Part shown: in pieces, positions 14,467 through 28,012 of the stretch | How positions within the stretch are numbered: position 1 is the first letter of the stretch | Layout of the letters: each line of letters opens with the position of its first letter | Source: Eledone cirrhosa | Taxonomy: Eukaryota | Direction of reading: 5' to 3' | Assembly: GCA_964016885.1 (NCBI GenBank) | Contig: OZ024749.1 | Location: 31,186,001-31,250,000, forward strand | DNA: 64,000 nt | Program-made: the position numbers and the translations under genes | Notes under the pieces: generated by a model | Databases searched by the model: none | What the model saw: the letters and a program-made list of their open reading frames with translations, nothing else | What the model was told of the DNA's origin: nothing

Positions 14467-14468
<2 letters not shown>
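14277..14468 (-). mobile_element. RTE-clade LINE 3' end with (TGA)n tail
   Basis: Minus-strand translation RSRGRPRKTWPEVVR..LTDEKTKDRDKGREAVL resembles the RTE C-terminus; followed by a (TGA)n tail. Confidence 0.7.
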
Positions 14469-14543
<75 letters not shown>

Positions 14544-14569
14544 TGGAAAGATATATATATATATATATA

Positions 14570-14910
14570 TATTAATTCAAAATATTAATAAATATAGACA
14601 TTCATGTAATCAAATATATTTTATTATATATATTTCGGATGTACTGTGCTGTTTCCTCAGTACGTCCTCATCAGATAAAATATATAAATTGATGTATAAC
14701 ATACCTCAACTCTGCTGATCGTTCGATTCCAGTCTTGGCAGTAAGATTGGAATTGAACCATCAGCACAGTTGAGGTATGTCATACATCAAGTTATATATT
14801 TTATCTGATGAGGACGTGCTGAGGAAACAGCACAGTACCTCTGAAATATATATAATACAATATATTTGATTACATGAATGTCTATATTCATCAATATTTT
14901 GAATTAATAT
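14570..14910. repeat. Fold-back palindrome with about 165-bp arms, each carrying a hammerhead (14614-14685 minus; 14794-14865 plus)
   Basis: Minus arm: ATATATTTTAT CTGATGA GGAcGTACTG-loop-CAGTACaTCC GAAA TATATA TA ATAAAATATAT (11-bp stem I); centre about 14739. Confidence 0.85.
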
Positions 14911-15003
14911 TAATAACTCCAGAAAACTTCTTTGTTGAGTGCTTCTAATCTATTGTTTAAACTATATTCATTGATTAATCAATGAACCTTGTTTAACTTT
15001 TGG

Positions 15004-15083
<80 letters not shown>

Positions 15084-15124
15084 TGTAATTAGCACCATAT
15101 CTTATTACACTAATTTCACACACA

Positions 15125-15174
<50 letters not shown>

Positions 15175-15206
15175 AGGAGGGGGGGGGGGTTGTGTTTGTG
15201 TTTTTC

Positions 15207-15390
15207 TAATAATTGTTTCTACGTTTGGCACAAGGCCAGCAAATTACCCAGTGCATTACTGCTACTTTATTTTATCGACCCCGTAAAGATAAAAGGCAAA
15301 GTTAATCTCGGCGGGATTTGAACTCAGAATGGCAAGGGCCGTAACTCTATATATCAAAGCATGGCGTCCGATCCTCTAGCGATACTGGCA
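15207..15390 (-). mobile_element. SINE family A
   Basis: Reverse complement of family A consensus (TTTTATCGACCCCGTAA..GGCGGGATTTGAACTC). Confidence 0.85.
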
Positions 15391-16099
15391 TGTGTACGTA
15401 TGTTGTGCATGAGAGTTGGTGACAATCCCTCGTGTATAATCTTCATTCATCTGAATATTATGCGATTAGTGAATATGAATATAATTCTATTCATGTATCA
15501 TAATCGATTATCCATTTATTTTGAGACTTGAAACCGCGCGGTATGGGTAATTATACCAGGTACAGTGAACTTTTTAAAATTTATTTTAAAACTTTTTCTT
15601 ATTTGCTAAACCTTGATTATATATACATATATATACATATATATATATGGGGGGAGGGGGGGTGTATATATATATACAAATAATTATATAAACCTATATA
15701 AAAATACACACATAAAAATGTATACAATGCACGAACACATACCTACAGGTAAATACACATATGTTCACCAAATGTACGTCAACCAGAACACAATGTACAC
15801 ATATACACAACTTACATAGTGCAAACACGCCTACACGCATACACACACAAACACAAAATACACATATACACATAACCATATACCAGTATATATAATATAA
15901 TATATACACCTATTACAAATACAAGCATATATACGTACGAGAAAGTATACATATATTCACAAAACATACGCGTAAGATATACTTACCTATACAAATAAGT
16001 AATGGTATAAACAAAACATATACTTAGCTACCACATCAAGACGTAAATTATCTGCGTATTGTTCATACTATCCATTAGGGTATAATATGGGACTGCTAT

Positions 16100-16896
16100 A
16101 CAGGAAAGTTTTATGCAATTTGTGTTTACAAGCCGAAATTGCTTCAGATTTTTGTTTAAGGTGTGGTCATTGGCGTAGAGTATTTCCAGGGCTTCAGCGG
16201 CGCAAAGATCGCATGGTCTTTTATTTCCGTTATACGATCTAGCCCTAACTAGGATCTCCCAGTGTAACCTATATTGGTGTGGTTGTCTTTTAGACTCCAG
16301 ATATAAGTTGAAAGTTACGTCATATTCCTTCTTAAAGGGTTAAGAAAAGAATGGGTGTGCATGTAAAGACGCTGCTTGAATCTATTAGCGGTTAACCGTA
16401 TGTAGGCCCTACGGAACGTGGGTGTTTCGACCTTTCATTTGTAGACAATGTTACTGGAGAGACATTTCCCGGCTAGAGGGCAGTCAACCCAATTCCTATA
16501 ATTACAGTTAGTACTAGCTACAGGGTTGCATGTGTTCCTACGGCTAGGTAATTTAGCTAAATTTGAAGCAGTGATATTATTTGCAATGGTAGAAGTCGTA
16601 GAGTAAGATATTTTAATGGTATTTCTATTAAAAATGTTATTATATTTATGTGCTGAGGAGAAATGCTTCTTAATAATGGAGAGAAAGATCTTAGCTAATG
16701 GTGTGGCCACCTCCATATTATATGGTGGGTTATACCATATAAGTATCGTCTTCCTGTTTTCCTTGGGTTGCAACGTTTTTCGAAATATTTACTTATGCGT
16801 TCACAGACTGATATGTTTGGTTTCAGAAGATCAGAAGATCCCATTAAGGATGAAAGCAACGATTATGTGCTTAAACTTTAATCTGTTATTTTAATA

Positions 16897-16900
<4 letters not shown>
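16100..16900 (-). mobile_element. Penelope-like GIY-YIG endonuclease pseudogene fragment joined to an oppositely oriented HHR terminal repeat (about 16775-16900, plus)
   Basis: ILIWYNPPYNMEVATPLAKIFLSIIKKHF..IFNRNTIKISYS..CPLAGKCLSSNIVYK*KVETPTFRRAYIRLTANRFKQRLYMHTHSF..YIWSLKD..WEIL..CDLCAAE; stops and frameshift present. Confidence 0.85.
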
Positions 16901-16969
<69 letters not shown>

Positions 16970-17326
16970 ATGTGTGCGTGTGCGTGTGTGTGTGTGTGTC
17001 TGTGTGTACATATATACGTTTGTGTGTTTATTCTGTTTAGTATTCCACATATTTGTAGTTAAAATAAACACTTATATCCTAGTTACACGTTTTCTTTACT
17101 ACTTCTACCATTTTTACAATTTTCTATTTGTCTATTTTCCTATTTCATATTTTATTCAATAAATCTATTCACCACACGCCTACGTTTTGTCTTTCTTTAT
17201 CCAATTTTGTTTCTTAAACTAGGTTTGACAAACGTAAGTGCTTTTTTACAGAAACGTAGGATGTTGTTAAATGTCTTCAAATTAATTACCAATTATCTTA
17301 TGCCAATAATAGATATATATTGTATG

Positions 17327-17358
<32 letters not shown>

Positions 17359-17513
17359 CAAACACAGACACAGACAAACCTCTACACACACACATACTCA
17401 CATACTCACATACATACACAAACACACACAAACACACACGAACACACGCACACAAACACACATATATATATATATAAATATACACGGGTGTGTATGATTG
17501 TGTATAGAAGATT

Positions 17514-17899
17514 ATATTAATAAAAGGAATTCCAACTTTGTCTTATTTACTCGTTTTATTTACAATCCTTTAAAATTTATAATGGTATTATAATGAAATA
17601 GTATGGTAGAATATTAAATGTTAAGTGTTAATTGTACAAGTACTTTCATACTTTCGCAATCTTGAGGTTCATATTCAGTGGTGACAGTCAAGTTGGCAAT
17701 GTTCAATTTGAAAATTGCCAACTTGATATTCACCACTGCATATGAACCTGAAGATTGCGAAAGTATGAAAGTACTTGTTCAATTAACATTTAACATTTAA
17801 TATTCTACCATACTATTTCATTATAATACCATTATAATTTTAAAGGATTGTAAATAAAACGAGTAAATCAGACAAAGTTGGAATTCCTTTTATTAATAT
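17514..17899. repeat. Fold-back palindrome with about 190-bp arms; minimal hammerhead at 17743-17781 (plus) and a mutated copy in the other arm
   Basis: TGAAC CTGAAGA tTGCgaaaGTAt GAAA GTAC TT GTTCA; opposite arm reads CTCAAGA; centre about 17706. Confidence 0.85.
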
Positions 17900-18002
17900 A
17901 TATATATTTATATATATATATAATTATCATCATCATTGTTTAACGTCCTTCTTCTACGCTAGCAGGGATTAGACGAGAGAGAGAGAGAGCGGGAAAGAGA
18001 GG

Positions 18003-18040
<38 letters not shown>

Positions 18041-18385
18041 AAAGCCACGACAATGCAGGTTTGGAGAGAAAAATAATCAAAAAGTAAAAAGCGCAAAAAG
18101 TACAGTTTGTTCTTTTTTACCTTAATTTAGTAAGAAATTAGTATATCTTCGACTGAGGAAAATAAAGGAACTATTTCAGTGTCCGATGTGGGTTGCTATA
18201 CCATGCTGGATTTCCTATATATATCGTGAGGTGACCACAGTTAAAAAAGGTACTCCATCCTTATTTCATAACTGAAATGACTTCTACAAGACTAGAGGTA
18301 GTTCGCTCGTATAAGTCATCATAATCACAAGACGGTTTTAACAGCTCCGAGCGCTTAGTACGGCGAATGGACATACATACATATG

Positions 18386-18490
18386 CAGGGTGTCCTTAAA
18401 AATCTATACACACTTCAACAACACAGCATTCAAATAAATATTCCCTGTACAGATAATCAAAGTGTGTATACTATTGTTTGGGACACCCTG
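18386..18490. mobile_element. Tc1/pogo-type MITE (105 bp)
   Basis: About 30-bp imperfect TIRs CAGGGTGTCC..TATACACACTT / AAGTGTGTATA..GGACACCCTG; flanks TG and TA. Confidence 0.75.
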
Positions 18491-19705
18491 TATATATTTA
18501 TAAAACTTGCGAGATGTGAAGTGTAGATAAGTCCCTGATATGTTGAGTTTAAGTATTTTGAATAACAAAAATAATATATTTCATTTCGGTTGCTCATTTA
18601 AGTGGCGTAACGTTTTTGCAACCAAAAATGCTTCAGCGAACCAACACGTCTATTTCAATTTCAAATTAAATAAAACCAAATTTTTTAAAGAAAAATTATT
18701 TAAATAATTAATTCAATGAGCAATGATGTAAAGCCTCATTGCTTTTTGAGAATAATTTACAAAATAATATCAAAAACAGAAATATAGAATCCATTAAGAA
18801 CGTGGTATTAAATATCGCCATATTTGCACAAGTTTAAGTATTAGATATTAAATATTCAATTCTGAAACCGTTGTATTTTAACGAAATATAATTGAAATAA
18901 TATGCAGGCTTAAATAAGTCTATTCGGAAAGACAAATCCTTTAATTGCTGAAAAGTTTAACGTAAGAAAATATTCTAGAAAGGAAAAAGATATCAATAAA
19001 AGATGAAAGCGCAATAAATTATTAAACGGCATTAAATAGAAATTATTTAATTATTTCAGTTAAGAATAAAAAGCAATATACTCGTTTAATTATCATTAAG
19101 CTTATTTTTTTTTCTCTTTCATTTGGTAAGCAAGGAAAAGAAAACAATAATTCTATTTTATAAAGCACCATCTTAATTATAATTAATGTGTACATGAAGG
19201 GATATATTTCTATGAAAGCATTCAAATATTTAATGCAGTATAGTGCTGTTCATATTTAAGTAAATCGATTGCAGTAAATGAACACCTTATTATTTATTGA
19301 TGACAAAGTACTATACGCCCAGCTCTTGCTAATGAGTACGCTATTCACTTAAGTTAATTCATTTTAAATCTAAACTATTTTACAGCTATATATTTTCTAA
19401 TAAATTATTTAGTTGAATTTTGAGAGATATGAAATATGCAATATGTATGTGTTTGTCTCTTAATAGAATGAATAAATTTTATTCTTAATTACGTCCGGAG
19501 AAGTGTGTGTATGTGTGTATGCGTGAGTGTGTGAGTGTGTGTGTGTGTGTGTATGTGTGTGAGTGTGTGTGTGGGTGTGTGAGTGTATGTGTGTGTGTGT
19601 GTGTGTGTGTATTACTCTTTGCTCATATTTTACGGCAAACATGCATACACACAGACATGCACATAGAGTCATACACACATACACACATACCCTCTCTCTA
19701 TATCT

Positions 19706-19761
<56 letters not shown>

Positions 19762-19819
19762 CATTTTATTATAGACACGATTTCTACAGGACTACATCGG
19801 CATTATACACCCTCACATT

Positions 19820-19892
<73 letters not shown>

Positions 19893-19894
<2 letters not shown>

Positions 19895-20007
19895 AAGTAA
19901 GACCCCGACGGCTGAGCTCAAGCCGTTTCGACGGCTAATTCTGGGCTCTAAGTATTGAGTACTTTGGTGCGTTATGGTCCACCTGGTTCCTTACCACATT
20001 TCCTTCG

Positions 20008-20008
<1 letters not shown>
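19893..20008. repeat. GC-rich HHR-half family (CCCCGACGGCTGAGCTCAAGCCGTTTCGACGGC), inverted-junction copy in (TA)n
   Basis: Other copies at 26552-26752, 33267-33460, 42243-42355 and 53253-53612. Confidence 0.8.
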
Positions 20009-20060
<52 letters not shown>

Positions 20061-20367
20061 TCTCGTACAGCCCCATTCAGTAACATAATAATAGTAACCG
20101 TATACTACAATCCAAAAGTAATGTGCACCTCACAGATTTCACTCGCTGTAATGCTATTTCAAGTCCTATATACCTTGCTACACGCACCTTTGAAAATGTA
20201 TTGAAAATACCGCCAAATCAAAAGCAGATTGCAAAAACCAAGAAAAAAAAAAATCACAGCAAAAAATCAAACGAACAAACGAACATTCATCCAATGAAAT
20301 ATTTAGTGAATAGAAGGTAATGTATCACTTTGTAAACATTGGCAATCAAAACAACAACAACAACAAC

Positions 20368-20449
<82 letters not shown>

Positions 20450-21029
20450 ATTATCATCATCATCATAAGAATTGACTACCTGCATTGGTATAATCGATAA
20501 AAAAAAGTTTGTTTTTCTTATGAAAATTTGATGACTACTTCACAGCATGATTTTCCGTAGGCCACAGGAAACAAATAGACGTTGTTTGTTAAAATACATA
20601 AATATAAATAAATAAATAAATAAATAAATATATATATATATATATATAAACAAATAAATAAATATATAAACAAATTTAAAAAATGACACGAAAATATAGG
20701 GTAAAAATTTACAAAACGAAAACGATTCAGAGCAATTCTCTAATGGCTTCATATTCCCACAACTCTTTAATGGCTTCACTTTCCCACAAATGTTTATCGA
20801 TTTTCTGTTTGTTTTCTGTTGTTTATTGTAATTTACGAGAATTAAATGATATCTGTAAATTAATGTTTTCTAAATTTCAACAATTTAATTAAAATCATTT
20901 GAAATACTACCATCCATATCCGGATGTAAATTCGTTACAATTAATAAGGTGGAGTTGAGATTTCTATTTACAATAAGGAAAATAAAATCTAAAAGTGAGG
21001 ACAAATTGATTGTAGAATAATGTGTCCTT

Positions 21030-21093
<64 letters not shown>

Positions 21094-21119
21094 CATACTG
21101 GCTGATCACTCAGATTTAC

Positions 21120-21484
21120 ATATTAGCAAATCCACTGATCAGTCAGACTTGCATATCAGCAGACAGGCCAGTCTGTTTCCTGTAAACGAGCGATAAATGG
21201 CCGGCTTTGCTACATTCAAATAAAATACAAATTTTCGCTTTACATGGCTGAATACAATAAATGTAATCTGAGTATTTCGAATATTAATAATAATATTCGA
21301 TTCGTTTGCGATTATACAAACAAGCCTCACTTTTATAGCCATGTCATTCTTGCTCTTATGTTGCTAATATGCAAATCAGGCAGATCAGTCACTGTATATT
21401 TTAGAAAATAGCATATATTTTCACTAGCTCTGACAGTTGGCAGGTGAGCAGTGAGCTGTACTGATGAAGGGTGATACTCAGAAA
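21120..21484. mobile_element. Rearranged copies of the 374-bp HHR family; HHR 5' half plus GAAA at 21454-21484 (plus) fused to antisense RT
   Basis: AGCTGTA CTGATGA agggtgatactca GAAA matches the reverse complement of 6930-6960. Confidence 0.75.
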
Positions 21485-22870
21485 CTATTGTGCAGATCCT
21501 TCTGGCTAGGTTATAAGGAATTGCCATTTTGGTACGGCGAGGGTGGCACGAGTTAAATGGAAGATATTGTTTGGAGTCTGTGAGTTTATAGTATATGTCT
21601 GTTTCTATTTTGTTGTTTGTTTTCTTGATGCGGATGTCAAGGAAAGGGAGTTGTTCATGGCTGTATTCCATTGTAAATTTAATGTTTGTGTTTAGTCCAT
21701 TTAGAAGTGCTTTAAACTAAGTCTATCTATACTTTCATGCCAAAGGATGAAGCAGTCGTCCAGATATATCTTCCATTTTTTTTCTATGTGTAGGTAGAAG
21801 TATTTTCCGTATTTGTCTAGAACTTTTCGGTAGAGAGTAGTTTCCAAATATCCCATGACAAGGTTGGCGTATGAGGGGGCTAATTTCATGCCCACGGCAG
21901 TCCCAGATTTCTGTCTGTAGTATTTGGCATCAAATTCGAAGAAGTTATTTTCCAAGATAAATTTGAGGCCCTCCATCACAAATTCTTTAGGGATGCGTTG
22001 TGGAAGTTCATTAGGGAAATTTTCAAGCCAGAATTGTATTGCCTCTATACCTAGGTTGTGTGGGATATTGGAATATAAATTGATGACATCAAAGGTTACT
22101 AGTAGGGTATGTTCATTATTAAGTGTTGTTGGGAGGTGGTTGAGCATGTCAAGTTCGTCTCTTATGAAGCTTTTTATGTGTTTTAGGAAAGGTTTAAGAA
22201 GAATATCTAGGAATTTGCTTAGGCGGTGTGTTTCGCATGTGGTACCTGCTATTATGGGTCTTAATTTGAGGTCATCAGGAGGTGGATATTGATGTAAATG
22301 TCTGTGGCTTCCTTGCAGTCCCTGCCTATTATTTCGCTTTTGTGTATCCGTGGGATACTGTAGAAAAGGCTAGTTATGCTTTTATAATTGGTTATCTAGT
22401 TGTATTCCTTGTCGGTAAGGCCTTCTTTGTAAAGGGTTGTTAGCGATTTTAGGTTTCTGATTATATTCTGTTGTGTGTAGTGTTGGGCCTTTTCGTAATA
22501 TGTTTGGTTTTCTAGAGCTGATAGTATAGGGTCGTGTAGTAATCTGTCATCATAAGGACTACTGCACTCCCTTTATCCATATCTTTGGTTGTTAGGGTTT
22601 TGTCGTTTTTTAGACTGTTAAGACCATTCCATTCTTTTTTGCTTAGGTTTGGTTTTTGTTTATGTCTGTGTAGGTGGTGGTATGGGTAATTAGTAATGAG
22701 TTCAAAGAATTGTTCGAGGAATTTGTTCTTGCCTTTAGCTGGGTGTAGTTGCTTCTATTTCTGGCTATTGAGTCATCCTCATTGTATTTGTCGTCTAGTT
22801 GCTCGCTGAGTCTTAGTTTTCTACAGAATTCTGCAATATCTTCCTTCATTTCTGGATAGTTTGGTCTATA
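21481..22870 (-). pseudogene. Penelope-like element reverse transcriptase fragment (frameshifted)
   Basis: LRPIIAGTTCETHRLS; LVTFDVINLYSNIPH; ILENNFFEF..YRQKSGTAVGMKLAPSYANLVMG; WKIYLDDCFILW; FTME..LPFLDI; DIYYKLTDSKQYL..SCHP. These are PLE-type RT core and thumb motifs split over several frames. Confidence 0.9.
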
Positions 22871-23007
22871 TATACATACATACATATATATATATACATA
22901 TACATATATACATATATAGATGTGTATTTATATATTTATATGTACACATATATATGTACACGCTCACCCATATATATGTACACACTCACCCATATATATA
23001 TATATAT

Positions 23008-23247
23008 CGCCGCGAAGGGGCTGCTTTCTGTTATTTGTCGGAGATTTCTTCATAGGAGCCTTTATTCTTATAGCTTGGTCTGATTGATTTTTTATATGGT
23101 TAATTATACTAATTGGGAGAGGAAACGGTATATATTTTATCTGGCGATTCTATAGACATGTTTTATGATATATAGCTCTGATTATTTAATTTATTAATTC
23201 TTCATTGATCCACAAAGTGACCCGTTGCAAAACACATATATATTTAT

Positions 23248-23292
<45 letters not shown>

Positions 23293-23295
23293 TAC

Positions 23296-23391
<96 letters not shown>

Positions 23392-23744
23392 AGGGCGGGT
23401 AAAATTCCCACGATCCATGGACGAGTTCTCTCCAGTGGTCTCCGTCCCTCATCATCGTTGCCATGTCTTGCGTCTCCAAGAGACCAGCCTCTGTCCTTTG
23501 CGCATCAACATATGTCAACCTCGCTCTCCATCTTCTAGTGTGCCCATTCACACACACACACATATTGTATATATATATATATATCATAAAACATGTCTAT
23601 AGAATCACCAGATAAAATATACACCGTTTCCTCTCCCAATTAGCATAATTAACCATATAAATAATCAATTAGACCAAGCTATAAGAATAAAGGCTCCTAT
23701 GAAGAAATCTCCGACAAAGAACCGAAAGCAGCCCCTTCGCGGCG
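23008..23744. repeat. About 165-bp inverted repeat pair (23008-23173 / 23578-23744) enclosing (TA)n and an RTE tail
   Basis: CGCCGCGAAGGGGCTGCTTTC...GACATGTTTTATGATAT and its reverse complement. Confidence 0.85.
23390..23548 (-). mobile_element. RTE-like LINE 3' fragment
   Basis: [34 protein letters not shown] resembles the RTE C-terminal G.R.RGR...TY.D.....GL...M.DR..WR pattern. Confidence 0.6.
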
Positions 23745-23921
23745 GTTGCGACGGAGTATTTATCGAGTATTTCAATAACGTGTATAAATCGACCAGATAT
23801 ACATATATATTTATGACTTTATGTATATATATATGTAAACCTTTATATATATATATATATATATGTTGATTTAAAACTGCACTATCCACAAGTGTTTTTT
23901 AACCTTCATATCATGTCTTCC

Positions 23922-23992
23922 TATTTTATCTGATGAAAACACAAATGTTATTGCATGATGATATCTGTTTTTGAAATGCGCATAATAAAATA
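23922..23992 (+). ncRNA. Type I hammerhead (TGCGCA stem III family)
   Basis: TATTTTAT CTGATGA aaacacaaatgttatt-gcat-gatgatatctgttttt GAAA TGCGCA TA ATAAAATA; 8-bp stem I. Confidence 0.8.
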
Positions 23993-24022
23993 CATGGAAC
24001 TCTTTTAACCATCTTTTGATCT

Positions 24023-24055
<33 letters not shown>

Positions 24056-24371
24056 GTTATTCGTGTGGGTCTTTGATATATCCTTCTACTTAGTACATGT
24101 AAACATTATGTGCAACGAATGTTTGAAAGCAACGAATACTTTAAAGCATGAATGTAAATTATATTTTCTGAATACACAATTGGTAGCGATGTCCATCTTT
24201 CTATCTCGTTCTGTTTTACCATTAGTCAATCCTGTCAATGTATATTCAATGTAAACACATCTCCGGTAGGAATGAAATACACTTGAAATACTTTATTTAC
24301 TAAGATTCTTCGACTTAATGACACTCTCATTTCAAGTATATATCAGCGATTTCAAACGGGATTTAATGAGA

Positions 24372-25430
24372 ATAATAATGGTTTCTTATATAGGCACAAG
24401 GACAGTAATTTTTGGTGTGGGGGGAAAGTCGATTAAATCGACCCCAGTGCGTTACTGGGGCTTCATCTTATCGACCCCGTAAGGATAAAATGCAAAGTCA
24501 ACCTCGGCGAGATTTGAATCCAGATCATGAAGGGCCGTAACTCATAACTGCAAAGCATGGCATCTGACCTTCTACCAAGACTGCCAATCCAACGACAACC
24601 ACAGCAATGATTTCTAGTATAGGCACAAGGCCAGCAATTTTGGGGAAGGAGAAAGTCGATTCCATCGACCCCAGTGCGTTACTGGTACTTTATTTTATCG
24701 AACCCGTAAGGATGAAAGACAAAGTTAACCTCGGTGGGATTTGAACACACACCGTAAAGGACCGTAACACTATGCTGCAAAGCATGGCATCCGACCCTCT
24801 ACAGATACTACCAATCAAACGACAACTATAATAATTGTTTCTACTTTAGGCACAAGGCCAGCAAATACCCAGTGCATTACTGGTACTTTATTTTATGGAA
24901 CCCGTAAGGATGAAAGGCAAAGTCAACCTCGGTGGGATTTGAACACAGACCGTAAAGGACCGTAACTCTATGCTGCAAAGCATGGCATCCGACCCTCTAC
25001 AGATACTGCCAATCAAACGACAACTATAATAATTGTTTCTACTTTAGGCACAAGGCCAGCAATTACCCAGTGCATTACTGGTACTTTATTTTATGGAACC
25101 CGTAGGATGAAAGGCAAAGTTAACCTCGGTGGGATTTCAACACACACCGTAAAGGGCCGTAACTCTATGCTGAAAAGCATGGCATCCGACCCTCTACAGA
25201 TACTGCCAATCAAACGACAACTATAATAATTGTTTCTACTTTAGGCACAAGGCCAGCAATTACCCAGTGCATTATTGGTACTTTGTTTTATCGACCCCGT
25301 AAGGATGAAAGGCAAAGTTAACCTCGGTGGGATTTGAACACACACCGTAAAGTGCCGTAACACTATGCTGCAAAGCATGGCGTCCGACCCTCTACAGATA
25401 CTGCCAATCAAACGACAACTATAATAATGA
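24372..25430 (-). repeat. Head-to-tail array of five full-length family A SINEs
   Basis: Spacer CAAACGACAACTATAATAAT recurs about every 198 bp; the first two units carry a longer internal segment than the last three. Confidence 0.9.
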
Positions 25431-25690
25431 TAAAGATTAATAGAGATAATAAGAGGAACAACAATGCTAGGTTCATTAATATCCTTCGTTTTATCTCTAT
25501 TTAATCAATTGTAACCGATGTTCAAGTTAGGTAATAAAACTCACATCTCCAGGTGGAATAAGATTTCTGAAATATTGATAACATATCACCAGCCACCGCC
25601 CGTGCTATTTCTAGCTATATATATATATATATGTTTGTGTGTGTGTTAATATATATATATATATATATATACACACATGTGTAGATATGT

Positions 25691-25769
<79 letters not shown>

Positions 25770-25825
25770 TATATATATAAATATATATATATATAAATAT
25801 ATAAATATACATATTCATATATATA

Positions 25826-25896
<71 letters not shown>

Positions 25897-25945
25897 GTAT
25901 ATTTATATATATATATATGTATATTTATATATATATATGTATATT

Positions 25946-25981
<36 letters not shown>

Positions 25982-26121
25982 TATATATATATATATATAT
26001 GTATATTTATGTATGTATATAAACAGATATATATACATGTGTGTATGTATGTATATATATATATATATATTTATATTCACACACACATACACACATATAT
26101 ATATGTAGATAATAACACCTA

Positions 26122-26188
<67 letters not shown>

Positions 26189-26748
26189 GTGTGTGTTATT
26201 ATTAGACAGTAAAGTTATCTCACACAGAGAGACGCTAACACTACATCAAATCGTTATCTGGAATATTCCAAAGTTCTACTGGGAGGAACGTTCAGAACAA
26301 ACAAACAAGCACAGCACAGAATACGAGGTATAAGCTGTAGGTTACATCGTCATAGCTATCAAGAAATGGACTCACCAAGCAGGATTAATTGTCTAATACA
26401 CCAAATTAACGAATAATGGAACCTTTGATTTTCATTAATGTTACCTTTTTCATTACGATATTAATATAATATTTTGTGCTACTTCTCTCACTCTCTCTCT
26501 CTCCCTTCCTCCCTCCCTCCCTCTCTTTGTATATATATATATATATATATATAACAAAGGAAATGTGGTAAGGAACCAAGTGGACCATAACGCACCAAAG
26601 TACTCAATACTTAGGGTAGTAGAGTGGGTAATAGGAACAAATAAGACCCCGACGGCTGAGCTCAAGCCGTTTCGACACATACATATCCATTCAGTCCAGA
26701 ATTAGCCGTCGAAACGGCTTGAGCTCAGCCGTCGGGGTCTTATTTGTT

Positions 26749-26785
<37 letters not shown>

Positions 26786-26853
26786 AGATAGATAGATAGA
26801 TTTGTAAGCATGTGGCTTACTGATTAAGATGCCTCAATTACGCGTGTTATCCA

Positions 26854-26931
<78 letters not shown>

Positions 26932-26943
26932 AGACCTATATAT

Positions 26944-27424
26944 ATAATGTAGGAGGTGAGTTTTATTGCAGCACAATAAAGCAATGCAAATATCGGATAA
27001 GTAGCACTCAACAGATTATTGGACTGGATTATAGATAAGAAGAAATTAAAAGATGGTTAGAAAAGTTCCATGTATTTTATTATGCGCATTTCAAAAACAA
27101 ATATCATCCAGGGACGATATTTGCGTTCTCATCAGATAAAATAGGGAGACATATTTAGACACTACCTTGACATATCTAGACACTACCTTGCTCACAAGTG
27201 TATTTTTTAAGCTTCATATCATGTCTCCCTATGTTATCTGATGAGCACGCAAATATCGTCCCTGGATGATATTTGTTTTTGAAATGAGCATAATAAAATA
27301 CATGGAACTTTTCTAACCATCTTTTAATTTCTTCTTATATATAATCCAGTCCAATTTTCTGTTGAGTGCTACTTATCCGATATTTGCATTGCTTTATTGT
27401 GCTACAATAAAACTCACCTCCTAC

Positions 27425-27430
<6 letters not shown>
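26944..27430. repeat. Inverted pair of about 210-bp terminal repeats, each with a hammerhead (27073-27143 minus; 27230-27300 plus), in (TA)n
   Basis: Minus: TATTTTAT CTGATGA gaacgCAAATATCGTCC-ct-GGATGATATTTGttttt GAAA TGCGCA TA ATAAAATA; family also at 11660-11805, 23870-24030 and 38685-38845. Confidence 0.85.
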
Positions 27431-27493
<63 letters not shown>

Positions 27494-27944
27494 TATATAT
27501 ATATATATACATTATATATATATATACATTATATATATACTCTCTCTCTCCCTCCCTTTCTCTCTCTTTCTCACTCCATCTCTCTCTATGTTTCCCTGTC
27601 TCTATCACCCTTTCTCCCCCCCTCCCTCTATCTCTCTATATATATCTCTATCAACATCAATCTAACTATATATCAACTACTTATCTAACTATCTATCTGT
27701 CTATCTATCCATCAATTATTATATTAAATCGTATATATTTAATACATTTGATTATAATACACACAGTGCTATGTTAGAAAGCACTATATGAATATATATT
27801 ATAAAATATTACGTTACATAATATTTTATAACATATTTCCACACATCCATCACCCAAACACTCTCCCCGGGCACACACAATTTACACACACAGACAAACA
27901 TACATACATACATACATACATACATACATACATACATACATACA

Positions 27945-28012
<68 letters not shown>

